In this document: one piece after another, positions 1 to 7,337 of the stretch
Position numbering within the stretch: the stretch's first letter is position 1
How the letters are laid out: every line of letters begins with the position of its first letter
NCBI GenBank assembly: GCA_035689345.1
Contig: DASSLR010000012.1
Location: 33,065-57,064 of the forward strand
Origin: Candidatus Dormiibacterota bacterium
GTDB taxonomy: Bacteria > Chloroflexota > Dormibacteria > Dormibacterales > Dormibacteraceae
Reading direction: 5' to 3'
Length of the DNA stretch: 24,000 nt
Translations under genes and position numbers: made by a program
The notes under the pieces: generated by a model
The model's input: the letters and a program-made list of their open reading frames with translations, nothing else
Database searches by the model: none
What the model was told of the DNA's origin: nothing

Positions 1-1140
1 CACGACGACGAGGAGCACCTGCGGTTCGTCGGCCTCGTCGCCTTCGCCGACCCCCTGCGGCCAGGTGTGCGCGAGGCCATCGCCGAGTGTCGCGACGCGG
101 GCATACGGGTGATCATGATCACAGGCGACCATCCGGCCACGGCGCGAGCCCTGGCCGCCGCGCTCCAGATGCCGGGCTCTGACCAGGTGGCGACCGGCGC
201 CGACATCGAGGCTCCTGACCGGCTGATGGACGTGGCCTCGAAAGCCAACGTCTTTGCGCGCGTGCGGCCAGAACAGAAATACATCCTGGTGCGAGAGCTG
301 AAGCGCCAGGGATCGATCGTCGCCATGACCGGCGACGGCATCAACGACGCGCCTGCCCTCCGCGAGGCAGACATCGGCGTCGCCATGGGCAAGCGCGGCA
401 CGGAGGTGGCTCGAGAAGCCGCGACGCTCGTCCTGCTCGACGACAACTTCTCGACCATCGTGGCGGCGGTGCGCGAAGGGCGACGCATCTTCACGAACCT
501 GCGCAAAGCCTTCGCCTACCTCGTGGCGTTTCATCTTCCGCTGCTGCTGACGGCCTTCGTGATCCCGCTTCTGGGCGAGCCGCTCCTCCTTTTGCCAGTG
601 CACCTGGTGTTGCTGGAGCTCTTCATCCATCCAGTCGTCTCGCTCGTCTTTGAGGACGCGCCGGCTCCTCCATGGCTGATGCGTCAGCCGCCTCGCTCGG
701 CCCGTGAGTTCCTGCTCGGACGCGCAGAGCTGCTCAGATCGACGGCTCAGGGCGCGGTACTTTCGATTGCGGTCATCGCGCTGTACGTCTGGCGCCTCTC
801 GGCGGGCTCGTCGATCGACGAGGCCCGGGCCACCGCGTTCGTCACGCTGGTTCTCGGTCAGATCCTGCTCCTCGTGATCGAGCGGACGCGGCCGAAGACG
901 GTGTGGGCCGGGCTGGCGGACTTCGGGCGGACCTCGGCCGTCGTCGTCGTCTCTGCGCTGGCTCTCGTGATCCTGATGGTGTACATGCCCTTCGCGGCAG
1001 AGATCCTCAAGCTGACGCCGCTGAGCGAAGCGGACTGGGCTTACGCCGTCGCGATCAGCGTCCTGGCGACGATCTGGGCCGAGCCGTTGAAGCTGCTGCG
1101 CTCGCGCACCAGCTCGATGGGGACTCAGCGCGCAGTCTGA
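1..1140 (+). CDS. P-type cation-transporting ATPase (P2 / CtpF-SERCA-like), C-terminal ~380 aa; the 5' end lies outside the window
   Basis: The frame is open from base 1; HDDEEHLRFVGLVAFADPLRPG precedes the track's internal start at 67. The ITGDHPATA and MTGDGINDAPALREADIGVAMG hinge motifs are present, followed by several hydrophobic C-terminal helices. Stop is TGA at 1138-1140. Confidence 0.9.
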   Translation, partial: HDDEEHLRFVGLVAFADPLRPGVREAIAECRDAGIRVIMITGDHPATARALAAALQMPGSDQVATGADIEAPDRLMDVASKANVFARVRPEQKYILVRELKRQGSIVAMTGDGINDAPALREADIGVAMGKRGTEVAREAATLVLLDDNFSTIVAAVREGRRIFTNLRKAFAYLVAFHLPLLLTAFVIPLLGEPLLLLPVHLVLLELFIHPVVSLVFEDAPAPPWLMRQPPRSAREFLLGRAELLRSTAQGAVLSIAVIALYVWRLSAGSSIDEARATAFVTLVLGQILLLVIERTRPKTVWAGLADFGRTSAVVVVSALALVILMVYMPFAAEILKLTPLSEADWAYAVAISVLATIWAEPLKLLRSRTSSMGTQRAV

Positions 1141-1971
1141 TCAGCGCCTCTTCGCGTCTTCTCTCGCCACGACGAGCGGCCGCCGCGACAGGTGCGAAAC
1201 CGAGACCGCCGGGCCGATGATGGCCGGGCCGAACTCCGTTGCGGCCGGGTGCGCGCCCATGACGATCAGGTCCGCGCCGATCGATTCGGAGAATTCCGCG
1301 AGTGAGCGGGCCAGGCCCGCCCGCGTGTTCAACACCTTCGATTCGACCTGCAGGCCTGCTCGAACGAGAGCCGCGGCTGCGGAAGCAAGTGCCTGCTCGC
1401 CATGCGACTCATGCGCGTGATAGATGGTGCGCTCGAGCTCCTCTCCTCGCGGGTAAGACACGTGGACCAAGAACACCTTTGCGCTCAGGGCGCGGGCCAG
1501 CTTCTTCGTCACCGCCAGCAGCGGGTCCAGCCCGACCTGGCCTTCGACGGCGACGACGATCGAGTACGGCCCGGCGACCGTGTCTCCATCGGCCCGCACC
1601 AGGAGGACCGGGCACGTCACGCGAGCCATGACCTCCTGGCTCACGCTGCCAAGGATCGCTTTGCCAAGTCTCGACCGACCTCGTGATCCCATCACGAGCA
1701 GGTCCGGTTTGACCCGGCGCGAAGCGGCCACGATCTCCTCCGCGGGCTCTCCTGAGCGAACCTCGATGCGCGCCGGGATGCCCGCCGCGGCGAGCGCGGC
1801 CGCCGCCCGGCTTTCGGGCGCGTCATGGCCGGTATCGCTGAAGCCAGGCTCGTGTGCGTGCAGCACCGCGACGTCGGCCTTGAGCGCCGATGCGATCCCA
1901 CCGGCCAGGCGCACCGCCGCTGCCGAAGCGTCACTGGCGTCGATCGCTAGCAGGATGCGAGTCCGCCGCAT
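1141..1971 (-). CDS. Tandem-domain universal stress protein (two UspA-type domains)
   Basis: Two USP repeats are visible: ILLAIDASDASAAAV...LLVMGSRGRSRLGKAILGSVSQEVMARVTCPVLLV and SIVVAVEG...DLIVMGAH...VSHLSRRPLVV. ATG at 1971 is preceded by the SD GAAGGTG; the track's GTG start at 1980 lies inside that SD. The stop abuts the ATPase stop. Confidence 0.85.
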   Translation of the reverse strand: MRRTRILLAIDASDASAAAVRLAGGIASALKADVAVLHAHEPGFSDTGHDAPESRAAAALAAAGIPARIEVRSGEPAEEIVAASRRVKPDLLVMGSRGRSRLGKAILGSVSQEVMARVTCPVLLVRADGDTVAGPYSIVVAVEGQVGLDPLLAVTKKLARALSAKVFLVHVSYPRGEELERTIYHAHESHGEQALASAAAALVRAGLQVESKVLNTRAGLARSLAEFSESIGADLIVMGAHPAATEFGPAIIGPAVSVSHLSRRPLVVAREDAKRR

Positions 1972-2007
1972 ACGTGACACCTTCGCCTGTTCGCCGATCC
2001 ACGCACA

Positions 2008-2021
2008 GGGGCGTGAGTCCC
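2008..2021. promoter_or_regulatory. Candidate DosR/DevR-like operator, box A (GGGGCGTGAGTCCC)
   Basis: Matches 11 of 14 positions of the core GGGACTTTAGTCCC of the mycobacterial DosR consensus TTSGGGACTWWAGTCCCSAA. It lies about 43 bp upstream of the tandem-USP ATG, in the divergent USP-USP spacer. Confidence 0.3.
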
Positions 2022-2093
2022 GCCCAGGCCCGCCCGATGGCCCTTAGCGCCTGTGCGCTCGACGGTTGTCGAACCGCTAGCCACCCGCAACTC

Positions 2094-2107
2094 GGGTCTT
2101 TCGTCCC
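2094..2107. promoter_or_regulatory. Candidate DosR/DevR-like operator, box B (GGGTCTTTCGTCCC)
   Basis: Matches 12 of 14 positions of the DosR core, with 5-nt arms (GGGTC / GTCCC) around a 4-nt T-rich spacer. Its centre is about 56 bp upstream of the USP ATG at 2157. Confidence 0.35.
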
Positions 2108-2156
2108 TTGGCGGCGCGACCGGCCGGCGCCAGATTCTCTTCAGGAGGCTTGGCAA

Positions 2157-2645
2157 ATGAATGACGGAACGAGCACGGCGATCAAGCGGATAGTCGTCGG
2201 CCTTGACGGGTCCAGGGCATCAGGGGCCGCGTTGGGCTGGGCGATCGATTTGGCCAGGGGCATGGGCTCGGAGGTCATCGCCGTGCATGCCATCGACCTG
2301 CCGGCGCCCTATTCGCAGCCGTACGTCGCGCCGGTCAAGGTCAACGAGGAGTGGCGGCGAAGAGTGAGGGCCGAGTTCGAAGACGTGTGGTGTGCGCCAT
2401 TGCGTGTAGCGGGAATCCGCCACCGGATGGTCATGGACGACGGGCGGGCGGCATCCGTGATCAGGCGTGTCGCGAACAGCAACAGCGCCGACATCATCGT
2501 GGTCGGTCGCCGAGGTCGAAGCGAGTCCGCCGAGGTCATCCTGGGCAGCGTGAGTCACGACCTCGTACTTCGCTCGACCATCCCGGTGCTCGTGATCGAG
2601 CCGGAACCCGCTGCGCGTGGCAAGAGAAAGCATCGCGCGGCTTAG
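2157..2645 (+). CDS. Universal stress protein (single UspA domain, 162 aa)
   Basis: AGGAGG at 2143-2148 sits 8 nt before ATG 2157; the track start at 1890 adds an implausible Arg/Pro-rich leader. USP signatures: IKRIVVGLDGSRASGAALGWAI...IIVVGRRGRSESAEVILGSVSHDLVLRSTIPVLVI. Confidence 0.9.
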   Translation: MNDGTSTAIKRIVVGLDGSRASGAALGWAIDLARGMGSEVIAVHAIDLPAPYSQPYVAPVKVNEEWRRRVRAEFEDVWCAPLRVAGIRHRMVMDDGRAASVIRRVANSNSADIIVVGRRGRSESAEVILGSVSHDLVLRSTIPVLVIEPEPAARGKRKHRAA

Positions 2646-2662
2646 TGAGCGTCCCGAATCCG

Positions 2663-2680
2663 CAGGGCCATGTGGCCCTG
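2663..2680 (+). terminator. GC-rich hairpin downstream of the USP gene; possible U-tract-less terminator
   Basis: CAGGGCC-ATGT-GGCCCTG forms a 7-bp stem with a 4-nt loop, 18 nt after the TAG stop. It can be extended by GTCC (2651-2654) pairing with GGAC (2681-2684). No T-run follows it. Confidence 0.4.
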
Positions 2681-2684
2681 GGAC

Positions 2685-2850
2685 TGAGCCGAGAGCACCA
2701 CTAGGCTGAAGCTAGTCCTCGAGGGGCTGAGTACGGTAGCCGGAAGGACACCGAACGTTGAGTAGGCGGAAGGCCGAAAAGGCTGGAGGCTGAAAAGCGA
2801 ATAGGGAACCTGGAGGCACGGAAAGGTTCCTCGAGGCATTTTCACGTGGG
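2685..2850. ncRNA. Candidate small RNA or structured non-coding element; strand unresolved
   Basis: This lies in a 226-bp spacer between two converging 3' ends, in a window where other convergent junctions are 0, 0, 3 and 12 bp or overlap. The region is locally GC-poor and purine-rich on the + strand. It carries repeated GGAAGG/GGAGG/GGA motifs and several stem-loops, including GGAACC-N14-GGTTCC at 2805-2830. Confidence 0.3.
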
Positions 2851-2871
2851 AGAGGCGCCACCCGAGCGCGC

Positions 2872-3252
2872 CTACGAAGGTCCCGAGACCGGCCGGCGCC
2901 AGTGTCGGGAGGAAAGGATCACCACCAGGAAGGCGGCCACGTCAACGAGTCCCGTGGGCAGGTTGACCGCGACGGCGAACATCGCCTCAGGCGGTGAGTA
3001 CCCGGGCCAGTTGAGCGCCACCAGCCCGAAGTAGAGGACACCGAGCGCGCCGGCGGCCCAACCTGTCACGCGCAGCCAGGCGAGGCTCTGCGCCCGCAAA
3101 CCCAAACCCACGAGGAAGGCCGGTGCTGCGTACATCCCGGCGTAAGCGATGCCACCAGCGGCTCCCCCCGGGTTCGGGCTGAACGTCAACGCGATCGCGA
3201 CGATCAGGTGTCCTGCCGCCAGCGCGATCGCGATCCAGGAGAGTCGCTTCAT
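2872..3252 (-). CDS. Small polytopic membrane protein (about 4 TM), function unknown
   Basis: The 126-aa ORF has four hydrophobic stretches and high third-position GC. Its ATG lies 10 nt downstream of the DinB-like stop, so it is probably the last gene of the osmC-usp-DUF1918-dinB operon. Confidence 0.6.
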   Translation of the reverse strand: MKRLSWIAIALAAGHLIVAIALTFSPNPGGAAGGIAYAGMYAAPAFLVGLGLRAQSLAWLRVTGWAAGALGVLYFGLVALNWPGYSPPEAMFAVAVNLPTGLVDVAAFLVVILSSRHWRRPVSGPS

Positions 3253-3262
3253 CAGTAGCGCG

Positions 3263-3778
3263 TCAAGGTGAAGCCGAGCGTTGAATGATGCCGCGCACGA
3301 AATCGGCCTGGGCCGCCTGCTCGAAGTTGTGGCCTGCGACGCTGACCAGCCTCACGCCGAGCGTCACGGGCGGGTCCCAGCGCTCGTCGACGACGCGGTC
3401 AAGGTCGGCATCGGTGACGGAGGCGACAAAGCTCATCGCCTTCGCATGCTGGGCGTCGAAGTAGCCGCGGAGCAAGGCAGCGTCTCCAGTCACGGCGGCG
3501 ACCTGCTCGGACGTGTGCCCATAGCCCACGTCCTCATCGTCGAAAGGCAGGCGCCATCGCTTCGCCCATCCGCCGGACGTCCAGACCTGCGGCCACCCCG
3601 CCACCCGCGCGACGTGGTCGTCTTCGATCCGGCTCAGGTGCCAGACGAGCCACGCGATCGAGTTCGCGTCGCGATCCACGCGGTACGTCAGCTGCTCTGG
3701 GGTCAGGTCCTCCAGCGCTCCGTGCACCATGTCCGGGATCCTGCCAAACGCGTCGACCAGCAGCTCACTGGTTTTCAC
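3263..3778 (-). CDS. DinB-family / mycothiol-transferase-like (DUF664-type) protein
   Basis: Features typical of the DinB four-helix-bundle family: ELLVDAFGRIPDMVHGALEDLTPEQLTYR, NSIAWLVWHLSRIEDDHV and a C-terminal H-containing helix. I prefer GTG at 3778, 7 nt after the DUF1918 stop. The track's GTG at 3811 would overlap the upstream gene by 26 nt. Confidence 0.75.
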   Translation of the reverse strand: MKTSELLVDAFGRIPDMVHGALEDLTPEQLTYRVDRDANSIAWLVWHLSRIEDDHVARVAGWPQVWTSGGWAKRWRLPFDDEDVGYGHTSEQVAAVTGDAALLRGYFDAQHAKAMSFVASVTDADLDRVVDERWDPPVTLGVRLVSVAGHNFEQAAQADFVRGIIQRSASP

Positions 3779-3785
3779 ACGGCGC

Positions 3786-4010
3786 CTACCTGGCGCCGGC
3801 CTTGCCTGCACCGCGCTTGCGCGCGCGCCGCACGATGGTGCTGCTGCCGAAGCCGGGGAAGAACGTGCTCTTGTGTCCGTCTTCCCAGCTCACCAGGTAG
3901 TGCACCGAGTCACCGGTGCCGAGGACCTCGATGATCTCGCCCTCGCGCGCTGGTGTGCCGACCCGCCCCGACTCGACGACCAGACGATCTCCGATCTCTC
4001 CTGTTGCCAT
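3786..4010 (-). CDS. DUF1918 domain protein (74 aa)
   Basis: GDRLVVESGRVGTPAREGEIIEVLGTGDSVHYLVSWEDGHKSTFFPG matches the actinobacterial DUF1918 pattern as I remember it. GGAGG lies upstream of the ATG at 4010. Confidence 0.8.
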   Translation of the reverse strand: MATGEIGDRLVVESGRVGTPAREGEIIEVLGTGDSVHYLVSWEDGHKSTFFPGFGSSTIVRRARKRGAGKAGAR

Positions 4011-4044
4011 CGCTCTGCACCTCCAGTTTCAACGGCCGCCGCTT

Positions 4045-4530
4045 CTAGCGGGCGGGCAGCGAGGAGATCACCAGCACCGGGCGCTTGCAGTGGAGCACGA
4101 GCTCGTGGCTGACGCTCCCGAGCAGCAACTCCGCAACCTCACCCCGGCCGCGCCTCCCTGCGATGACCACGTCTGCGTTGGCCTGGTCCGCGGCCTCCAT
4201 GATCACCGAGGCTGCGCGCCCGTCGGCGATCACTGTCCGGTACTTCACACCGGCATCCCTGAGCACCCGACACCAGTTCTCTTCGAACTCTTTCTGGATG
4301 TCGGCGCGCCACTGCTCGTCGAACTGCACCGGGATGGTGGGCGCCGCATAGCCGGTGTCGAAGTAAACCGCAGGCGCGATCGCGAACACGGCGACGATCT
4401 CCGATCCCATGCCCTTGGCCATGGTGATCGCCCAGCCCAGCGCGGCGGCGGCGTGCTCCGAGCCGTCGACGCCGACCACGATCCGCTTGATTCCGCCTCG
4501 CGATCCCTTCGGCTCCGCGGTGTCCTCCAT
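4045..4530 (-). CDS. Universal stress protein (single domain), paralogue of 2157-2645
   Basis: IKRIVVGVDGSEHAAAALGWAI...VVIAGRRGRGEVAELLLGSVSHELVLHCKRPVLVI. It starts 4 nt after the OsmC stop. Confidence 0.9.
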   Translation of the reverse strand: MEDTAEPKGSRGGIKRIVVGVDGSEHAAAALGWAITMAKGMGSEIVAVFAIAPAVYFDTGYAAPTIPVQFDEQWRADIQKEFEENWCRVLRDAGVKYRTVIADGRAASVIMEAADQANADVVIAGRRGRGEVAELLLGSVSHELVLHCKRPVLVISSLPAR

Positions 4531-4534
4531 GGGA

Positions 4535-4957
4535 TCAGCGGCCTTCAGCGGTGACCGCGGCAGGCTCGCTGAACGCGTATTTGAGCGTCGGCGGCTCCGT
4601 CAGCATCTTGCGTGCCGGGCACGCCACCATCGCCGCCTCCAGGAAACGATGGTCGCTGTCCGTGAGACCCGGCGGCGTTGAGATCGTCAGCTGAACGTGG
4701 TCGATGCGCCCGTTCTCGATGTCCCAGCTGAAGTCTGCCTCGACCGCGAAGGGCTCGAATGGCAGGCCCTCGTTGGACAGGTGCTTGACCCCCTCCTCGG
4801 CGGCACAGGCCGCCAGGCCCGCGACCATAAGCTCTGTCGGTGTCGGTCCCTCGTCTTCGCCTCCGATCGCGACCGGCTCGTCCGAGACGAGGCGATACCC
4901 GCGGATCTGAATGTCGAAAGACTCGCCGTACCTGTGCTTCACCGTGATTCTGGCCAT
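4535..4957 (-). CDS. OsmC/Ohr-family protein (peroxiredoxin-like)
   Basis: 140 aa with GEDEGPTPTELMVAGLAACAAE and a second Cys in AAMVACPARKML, the two-Cys OsmC pattern. Confidence 0.85.
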   Translation of the reverse strand: MARITVKHRYGESFDIQIRGYRLVSDEPVAIGGEDEGPTPTELMVAGLAACAAEEGVKHLSNEGLPFEPFAVEADFSWDIENGRIDHVQLTISTPPGLTDSDHRFLEAAMVACPARKMLTEPPTLKYAFSEPAAVTAEGR

Positions 4958-5069
4958 GGGTCAAGGGTGTGTCGCGGAGGCACCCCGCCGTAGGGCCGGT
5001 CGGCCTTGCCCGCGACGCCAATGGCCTCTACTGGCCTGGGTCGAGCGCCGCGAGACTCGGATTCGGGCC

Positions 5070-6053
5070 ATGGCACTCGATGTCTTGACGATCGGAGACC
5101 CGACCATCGATACGTCGATCAGGATCCACGACGCCCACGTCGCGCTCCAGGTCCATCCGGAGCGGGCCGAGCTCCACATCGATTACGCGGACAAGATCCC
5201 GGTCGACGAGATGTACCGCTCAACCGGGGGAAACTGCGTGAACGCGGCGCGGGCGGCGCGGCGGCTGGGCCTGGACGTCGCGGTCTATGGCGTCACCGGC
5301 GACGATCTCGACGGCCGCTGGATCCGGCAGGAGCTTGCCCACGCCCGAGTCGACACGTCGCTGATGGCCGTGGACAGGAAGCGCTCGACCAACGCGAGCA
5401 TCGCGCTGATCTTTCGCGGCGAGCGGACTCTATTCGTCTGGCATCAACCGCGCCATTACCACCTGCCCGTCCTTCCCGAGACGGCCTGGATCTACGCGAC
5501 ATCGGTGGGCCCGCTGGGCCCCGCAATCTCCGACCTGCACTCAGCTCTGCTGCGCGCATTGCGCCACCAGCCGGCGGCTCGGCTGGCCTTCAGCCCTGGC
5601 ACGCATCAGCTGCGGATGGGTGCGAAGGCCATCGCGCCGATGCTCTGCGCGACCGAGCTCTTGCTCTTGAATCGCGAGGAGGCTGAGGAGCTGACATGCC
5701 GCCCGAAAGCGGAGCCAAGAGAGCTGCTCCAAAGGCTGCACGCCCTAGGGCCCCGCAAGGTCGTCATGACCGACGGCATCCGCGGGTCTTACGGCTATGA
5801 CGGTGAGCGGTATCTCAGGACCGGAGTTCTGAAGATGCCGGTCGTCGACCGCACCGGGGCGGGCGACTCGTACGGCGCCACGGTCATGACAGCGCTGCAC
5901 CTCGGCCTGGACCTGGGCACCGCGATGGCCTGGGGGACGGCTCAGGCGGCGTTCGTGGTGAGCGCGCTGGGTGCCGCGCCCGGGCTTGTGGACAGGCGAC
6001 GCTTACAGGCCGTTGTGGGCGAGCACCCAGGCCTGGTCGCGAAGGCTTTTTGA
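5070..6053 (+). CDS. PfkB-family carbohydrate / sugar-phosphate kinase
   Basis: N-terminal DVLTIGDPTIDT, GGNCVNAARAARRLG, and the C-terminal anion-hole/catalytic motif VVDRTGAGDSYGATVM. I use ATG 5070; the track start at 4911 overlaps osmC and reads as non-protein-like sequence. Confidence 0.85.
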   Translation: MALDVLTIGDPTIDTSIRIHDAHVALQVHPERAELHIDYADKIPVDEMYRSTGGNCVNAARAARRLGLDVAVYGVTGDDLDGRWIRQELAHARVDTSLMAVDRKRSTNASIALIFRGERTLFVWHQPRHYHLPVLPETAWIYATSVGPLGPAISDLHSALLRALRHQPAARLAFSPGTHQLRMGAKAIAPMLCATELLLLNREEAEELTCRPKAEPRELLQRLHALGPRKVVMTDGIRGSYGYDGERYLRTGVLKMPVVDRTGAGDSYGATVMTALHLGLDLGTAMAWGTAQAAFVVSALGAAPGLVDRRRLQAVVGEHPGLVAKAF

Positions 6054-6149
6054 GGCTTTGAACGGCGGTCCTCGGCGCGGGGCTCATCGATTCTTCCGCC
6101 GGAGTCCTCACGCGGTAACTGGCGGCCACGATGTGTCGTTATTACTGCT

Positions 6150-7325
6150 GTGAAAGCAGTCGGCCTGGCGGCGATGGTCCTGTTGATCGCCGCATGCGGA
6201 TCAGTCTCGACAGCTGCGCACCCCTCGCCATCGCCATCGACGCAGTTCTCACCCCAGCCATCTCCCAACCCTGACCTGCTCGTCGCGACGCTCGAGGCGA
6301 AGGGGACGGCGAACCCATGGACCTACAACACGGTCGTGATCACCGACCTGCGCGGCTCGGTCAAGGCTCAGGCGACCTTCGACCCGCTGCCCACGCCCGC
6401 GCTCGGCTGCATGGGAGCGATCCTTCCACCCATGGCGCACGTCGTCGGCAACAGGGTGTACTACGCCGACGGTCACGGCACCATCCGCACACTGGCGCCT
6501 GACGGCTCCACGGCGACCGTGGCCAGGCTCCCGCTGACTTCCGCGCAGCAGATGCTTTCTTTCGCGATCAGCCCGGATGCCTCCAGGTTGCTGGGCGCCA
6601 TCTTCACGGCGCCGGCCAATGCGTTCCCATGCGACGGTTCCCAACCAACCGGCAGCTATTCATATGCCGCGTACTCCGGGCCGGTCGGAGGTTCGATGCA
6701 GCTCGTTGCACACCAGACCTGGGCGAGCGTTCCTCAGGTGATGGCTTTCACCGGCTGGGACGCAGTCGGTCCGGTGGGCAGCTATCCGTCAGTGTGGGCG
6801 AGCCAGGGTGGTGGACCTGCATCGACGCTCGGCGTCAAGGCGCGAATCGATCCTGTAACCCTGCGAGCGACTGAGCTCGGCAGTTCAGGTTCATGCCTCG
6901 TCTGGGACTCCAACGCGACCGGGTCGTACGTGTGCGAGGTCGTGCCGGCGACGCTCGACGCGCAGCAGAAGGTTCAGACGCGCATCAGCGTGCGCGCGCC
7001 GGACGGTCACGAGGATTGGGGCTTCACCGTCACGGACGAGAACGAGGCCAGCCGTCCGTTCCTGTCGCCCGGCGGTGAGCACGTCGTGGTGTGCTGCAGC
7101 TTCGATCCCCAGAGCGAATTCGTGTATGCGCGAGACGGCGGCCACAGGCTGCTGGCGGGCCGCTTTTCCGCCGACGGCTGGCTCGATGCGAACGCCGTCT
7201 ACGGCTGGACCGACGCCACTAACGAAAACCCCCACGGAGTGGTTGCGTACGTTGCGCTCAACGCTCCCGACACGATCGTGCGCCTCGGGCTTTCAGGCCA
7301 GGTCGTGGGTTCGCTGTCGGCCTGA
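6150..7325 (+). CDS. Lipoprotein, function unknown (possibly beta-rich/propeller-like)
   Basis: GTG start followed by the signal/lipobox KAVGLAAMVLLIAACGS and a Pro/Ser linker. I recognise no catalytic motif. Confidence 0.7.
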   Translation: MKAVGLAAMVLLIAACGSVSTAAHPSPSPSTQFSPQPSPNPDLLVATLEAKGTANPWTYNTVVITDLRGSVKAQATFDPLPTPALGCMGAILPPMAHVVGNRVYYADGHGTIRTLAPDGSTATVARLPLTSAQQMLSFAISPDASRLLGAIFTAPANAFPCDGSQPTGSYSYAAYSGPVGGSMQLVAHQTWASVPQVMAFTGWDAVGPVGSYPSVWASQGGGPASTLGVKARIDPVTLRATELGSSGSCLVWDSNATGSYVCEVVPATLDAQQKVQTRISVRAPDGHEDWGFTVTDENEASRPFLSPGGEHVVVCCSFDPQSEFVYARDGGHRLLAGRFSADGWLDANAVYGWTDATNENPHGVVAYVALNAPDTIVRLGLSGQVVGSLSA

Positions 7326-7337
7326 TCCTGCGCGACG

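Noticed and set aside
1890-2156. Track start codons that give long N-terminal extensions: 1890 for the USP, 4911 for PfkB, 7972 for BON, 13571 for EIIB and 13572 for the NlpC/P60 protein
   Set aside because: The extensions are Arg/Pro-rich, overlap neighbouring genes or a terminator, and lack an SD. Downstream starts have good SDs (AGGAGG, GGAAGGAGG) or give proper N-termini or signal peptides matching the family.
2642-2845. A 67-aa minus-strand ORF filling the long convergent spacer
   Set aside because: Third-position GC is only about two-thirds, against about 85-90 % in real genes here. It has no SD, no recognisable fold, and runs through the USP terminator hairpin. The region is better treated as non-coding.
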